The position numbers were made by a program, and so were the translations under genes. This document shows, piece after piece, positions 61,140 to 64,000 of a stretch of 64,000 nucleotides of DNA (the stretch's first letter is position 1; every line of letters begins with the position of its first letter). This DNA is from Mobula hypostoma (Eukaryota), in the NCBI RefSeq assembly GCF_963921235.1, contig NC_086097.1, positions 78,742,001 through 78,806,000 of the forward strand, read 5' to 3'. The notes under the pieces are model-generated. The model had not been told where the DNA came from. It made no database searches and was given only the letters and a program-made list of their open reading frames with translations.

Positions 61140-63339
61140 AACTCTTTTGCACCACCCCCCATTCCTCATCTGCGGGTACGGTACTTGGTTTCCCTTTCTT
61201 CCTTAGCACTTCCTCCTCCACACAATAGCCTACTAGTTCCCTTGTTAAGTCTGTGTCAGAGAGAGCTGTCTCTGCCAAAACCATAAGCCCCTCGTCTCAC
61301 TCCTGCGCCTGCACAAATTATTTCCTGGCTAATGCTAAGTCTGTCTCAGCTCCCTCACTACCTCTTGTTTCACTACACTCCTTCTTTTCACTTTCTACCC
61401 CCTTCTCGTACAAGGCTGGCAGAAACGTCTCAGCTAAATTTACTACCGCAGTCCCGTGATGAACCTGTGAGTCCATGGGCAGGGCCTCAATGCTGGCAGG
61501 CTGACCTGTTAATCTCACGGCTGGGAACACGATTCCCCCGGCGATGTCATTACCGAGCAAAACTTCCACACCTTTCATCGGTAATTCGGACCTCACCCCG
61601 ATCGTGACTAGTCCAGAGACCTGGTTGCTTTGTAAGTGTATCTGGTGCAAAGGGACGGCCTCTGTCCCTTCCCCAATACCTTTGATCTTGACCTCCACAG
61701 TCTGGGTCTCTGAGCTAAACTCTAATACACTCTTCAGTATTAGTGACTGACACGCTCCCGTGTCTCTCCAGATCCACACTGGAACTGGTTTTAACCCCTC
61801 CTTCACTGACACCAATTCGGCCGAGATAAACCTCTCGCGCCCTTCCTGAACTTTGGCAGACCTGTCCTGTCCTAGCAGTTCGTTTACCAGCTCGATTCAG
61901 CCAGTCAAAATCGCTATTTTTCCTTTTCCCGTCTCCTTCTTTGGGGCAAAGCACCTGGACGCAAAGTGTCCGACTTTCCGGCAATTATAACAGACGACCC
62001 CAGGAGACTTCCTACCAGACTGCTCCCGGTCTACCTTATCCTTCTCACTAGTCCCCGGCTTACTTTCTGACTTTTCTGGCGGACTCTCCCCGCTGTCCTG
62101 ACATCCCTTCTGGTAGCCTTTACTCGGGGAAAACTTCATTTTATGCGTCAACGCATACTCATCCGCTAACTTAGCAGTTGCGGCTAACGTGGCTGCCTCT
62201 TTCTCATCCAGGTAGGATCTCATACCCTCAGGGACACAACCTTTAAACTGCTCAATCAGGATCAGTTGTAGCAGTCTGTCATAATCCCCCTCTACCCCCT
62301 TCGAGGTGCACCAACGCTCACAATATGTCTGCATCTCACGGGCAAACTCTAAATACGTGCGGTCCCACTGCTTCCTCGCATTCCGGAACCTCTGCCGGTA
62401 TACCTCCGGGACCAACTCATAAATCCTGAGGATGGCCTCTCTCACCACCTCATACCTCTGGGCATGTTCCGCGGACAAAGCTGAGTAAGCTTGTTGGGCT
62501 TTTCCTTTCAGTACACTCTGAAGCAAAACAGCCCACTTATCCCTCAGCCAGTCCTGACTTGTAGCAACTTTTTCGAAATGGAGAAAGTACCAATCCATGT
62601 TGGTATCGTCAAATGGGGGAACCAGCCTAACCTCCTGGGTCACCCGGAACCCTCCACCTTGGTTCGGCACGGGCCCCTGCTCTGCCCTTATCCTTAACTT
62701 CTCCAGCTCAAATTCCCTTTCCCTCTGTTTCTCCTCTCACTCCAACTGTCTCTCTCTCTCTCTCTCCTGCCTTTCTAACTCTTTCTCTTTCTCCTGCCTT
62801 TCTAACTGTTTCTCTTTCTCCCGCCTTTCTAACTCTCTCTCTTTCTCCTGCCTTTCTAGTTCTCTCTCTTTCTCCTGCCTTTCTAATTCTCTCTCTTTCT
62901 CCTGCCTTTCTAACTCTCTCTCTTTCTCCCGCCTTTCTAACTGCTTCTCTTCGTGTTCTAACTGCCGTACCCGGAACTCGTGCTCGAGTCTCAGTTTTTC
63001 AAGCTGCACCTGTACCGCGTCTCCAGCAGGTTTTTCAATAGACACCACCTCCAGCTCGCCTTGGGGAAACACACCTTTTGATACATAGTGCTCTACGATA
63101 GCTCTGTGTATCTCCTCTCTCCTCATTGTCGACTTCCCCTTAGCAAGATTCAACCGTTTGGCCACAGCTACCAATTCCGATTTCCTGGCATCCTCTAATG
63201 CCTCCAAGGTCGGCGCCTTTATAATTTCTTCAGCCTCCATTTCTGCTGTTTGTCTTTTCTTTCTTTCGGGAATTTTGACCCAATCAATTTACTCCGTCCC
63301 AAATTTAGCATTCAAAATCGCGGACGAGAACCCCACTTA
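61140..63339 (-). mobile_element. Gmr1-like Gypsy internal region: gag (SCAN-related capsid, CCHC), protease, start of integrase-proximal region; truncated
   Basis: RLVPPF...YFLHFEKVA, YELVPEVYRQRFR, CYNCRKVGHFASRC, RDTGACQSLI; ORFs 62737-63240, 61897-62670, 61318-61815 and 61102-61284 share one frame, separated by three stops. Confidence 0.9.
63317..63335 (-). promoter_or_regulatory. tRNA-Pro-type primer-binding site
   Basis: TGGGGTTCTCGTCCGCGAT versus canonical TGGGGGCTCGTCCGGGAT, 4 nt after the LTR end. Confidence 0.75.
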
Positions 63340-64000
63340 TGTTACGTACCCCGTAACTGGGATGCCAAACCAGCAGAAATGGATCACTCAGTTGGAGTCT
63401 GGATTACTAGAACTAAGAAAGTTTTATTAAAGAAACAGGCAACACAGTACTCTACAAAAGGATAATAAATGCAACAGTTCAGCAATGATAAACATACATG
63501 TATACAGAATTAAGATAACAGGATCAATCAAGCTCTATCGTTGTCTAGGGGTAAATGACCAGTTTCAAAGTGACGCAAAGTTCAGTTCAATTTAGTTCAG
63601 TTCAGTTCGCAGACAGTGGGGGGAAGGAGAGAGAGAGCAAAACGAATGAATATTCAAACGGCTTCCACACACAAACCTTCACAGTCAGCTTTCGGGCGAG
63701 CCCTTTGTGATGTCACCTGAGGTCACTGACCGTGACCCCTCCGTTTCCAGATACGATCGTTTCCCTGCAGTGAACCTGGCACCCAGGCAAGGGTGCACAC
63801 ACACCAGGTTCCCGCCGATCGTGCCTTTCCACCCTGTGCGTCTATGGCCTGGTCTCGCAACCGGCCTTCCAAAACTTCCCACCGACTTATGAGAGACGCA
63901 GCACTCCGGGGTCTCGTTATCTCGGGTGTTGTGTGTGTCCTGCCTTAGCGAACCTGTCCCTTTTTATCCCCCTGCTGGGGTATCGCCTGTCCATCACTTC
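63340..64000 (-). mobile_element. 5' LTR of the Gypsy element (probably runs off the window)
   Basis: Minus-strand end ...GTAACA next to the PBS; AATAAA on the minus strand near 63425. Confidence 0.8.

Noticed and set aside
61897..62670. Host SCAN zinc-finger gene
   Set aside because: Flanked by LTR, PBS, CCHC knuckle and protease, with no C2H2 array; it is retrotransposon gag.

Overview
Repeat-rich vertebrate DNA; the CR1, Rex1/Babar, Penelope and V-SINE content suggests a cartilaginous fish, probably a ray (inference). The one host gene I recognise is the first coding exon of GPR176 (minus strand, 22327-22546) in a CpG-rich promoter; 1-22326 is its TE-filled first intron. About 3 kb upstream of the ATG, 25679-54722 is a tandem array of a miniature LTR retroelement: ~1.2-kb TG...CA LTRs, a 160-161-bp internal region, and a GTAAT target-site duplication. 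Its primer-binding site is complementary to its own predicted transcript 5' end, as in self-priming Tf1/Sushi elements. Six consecutive LTRs carry the same ~2-kb 5'-truncated antisense CR1 RT insertion, and an LTR-derived ATG is in frame with that RT. A ~4-kb copy of the right flank sits inside the array with template-switch signatures. Also present: a Penelope element with a 13-bp TSD and a minimal hammerhead ribozyme, a hAT/Buster fossil, Tc1 derivatives and a truncated Gmr1-like Gypsy element. Percent divergences are rough hand counts, and family and gene calls come from remembered motifs, not database searches.
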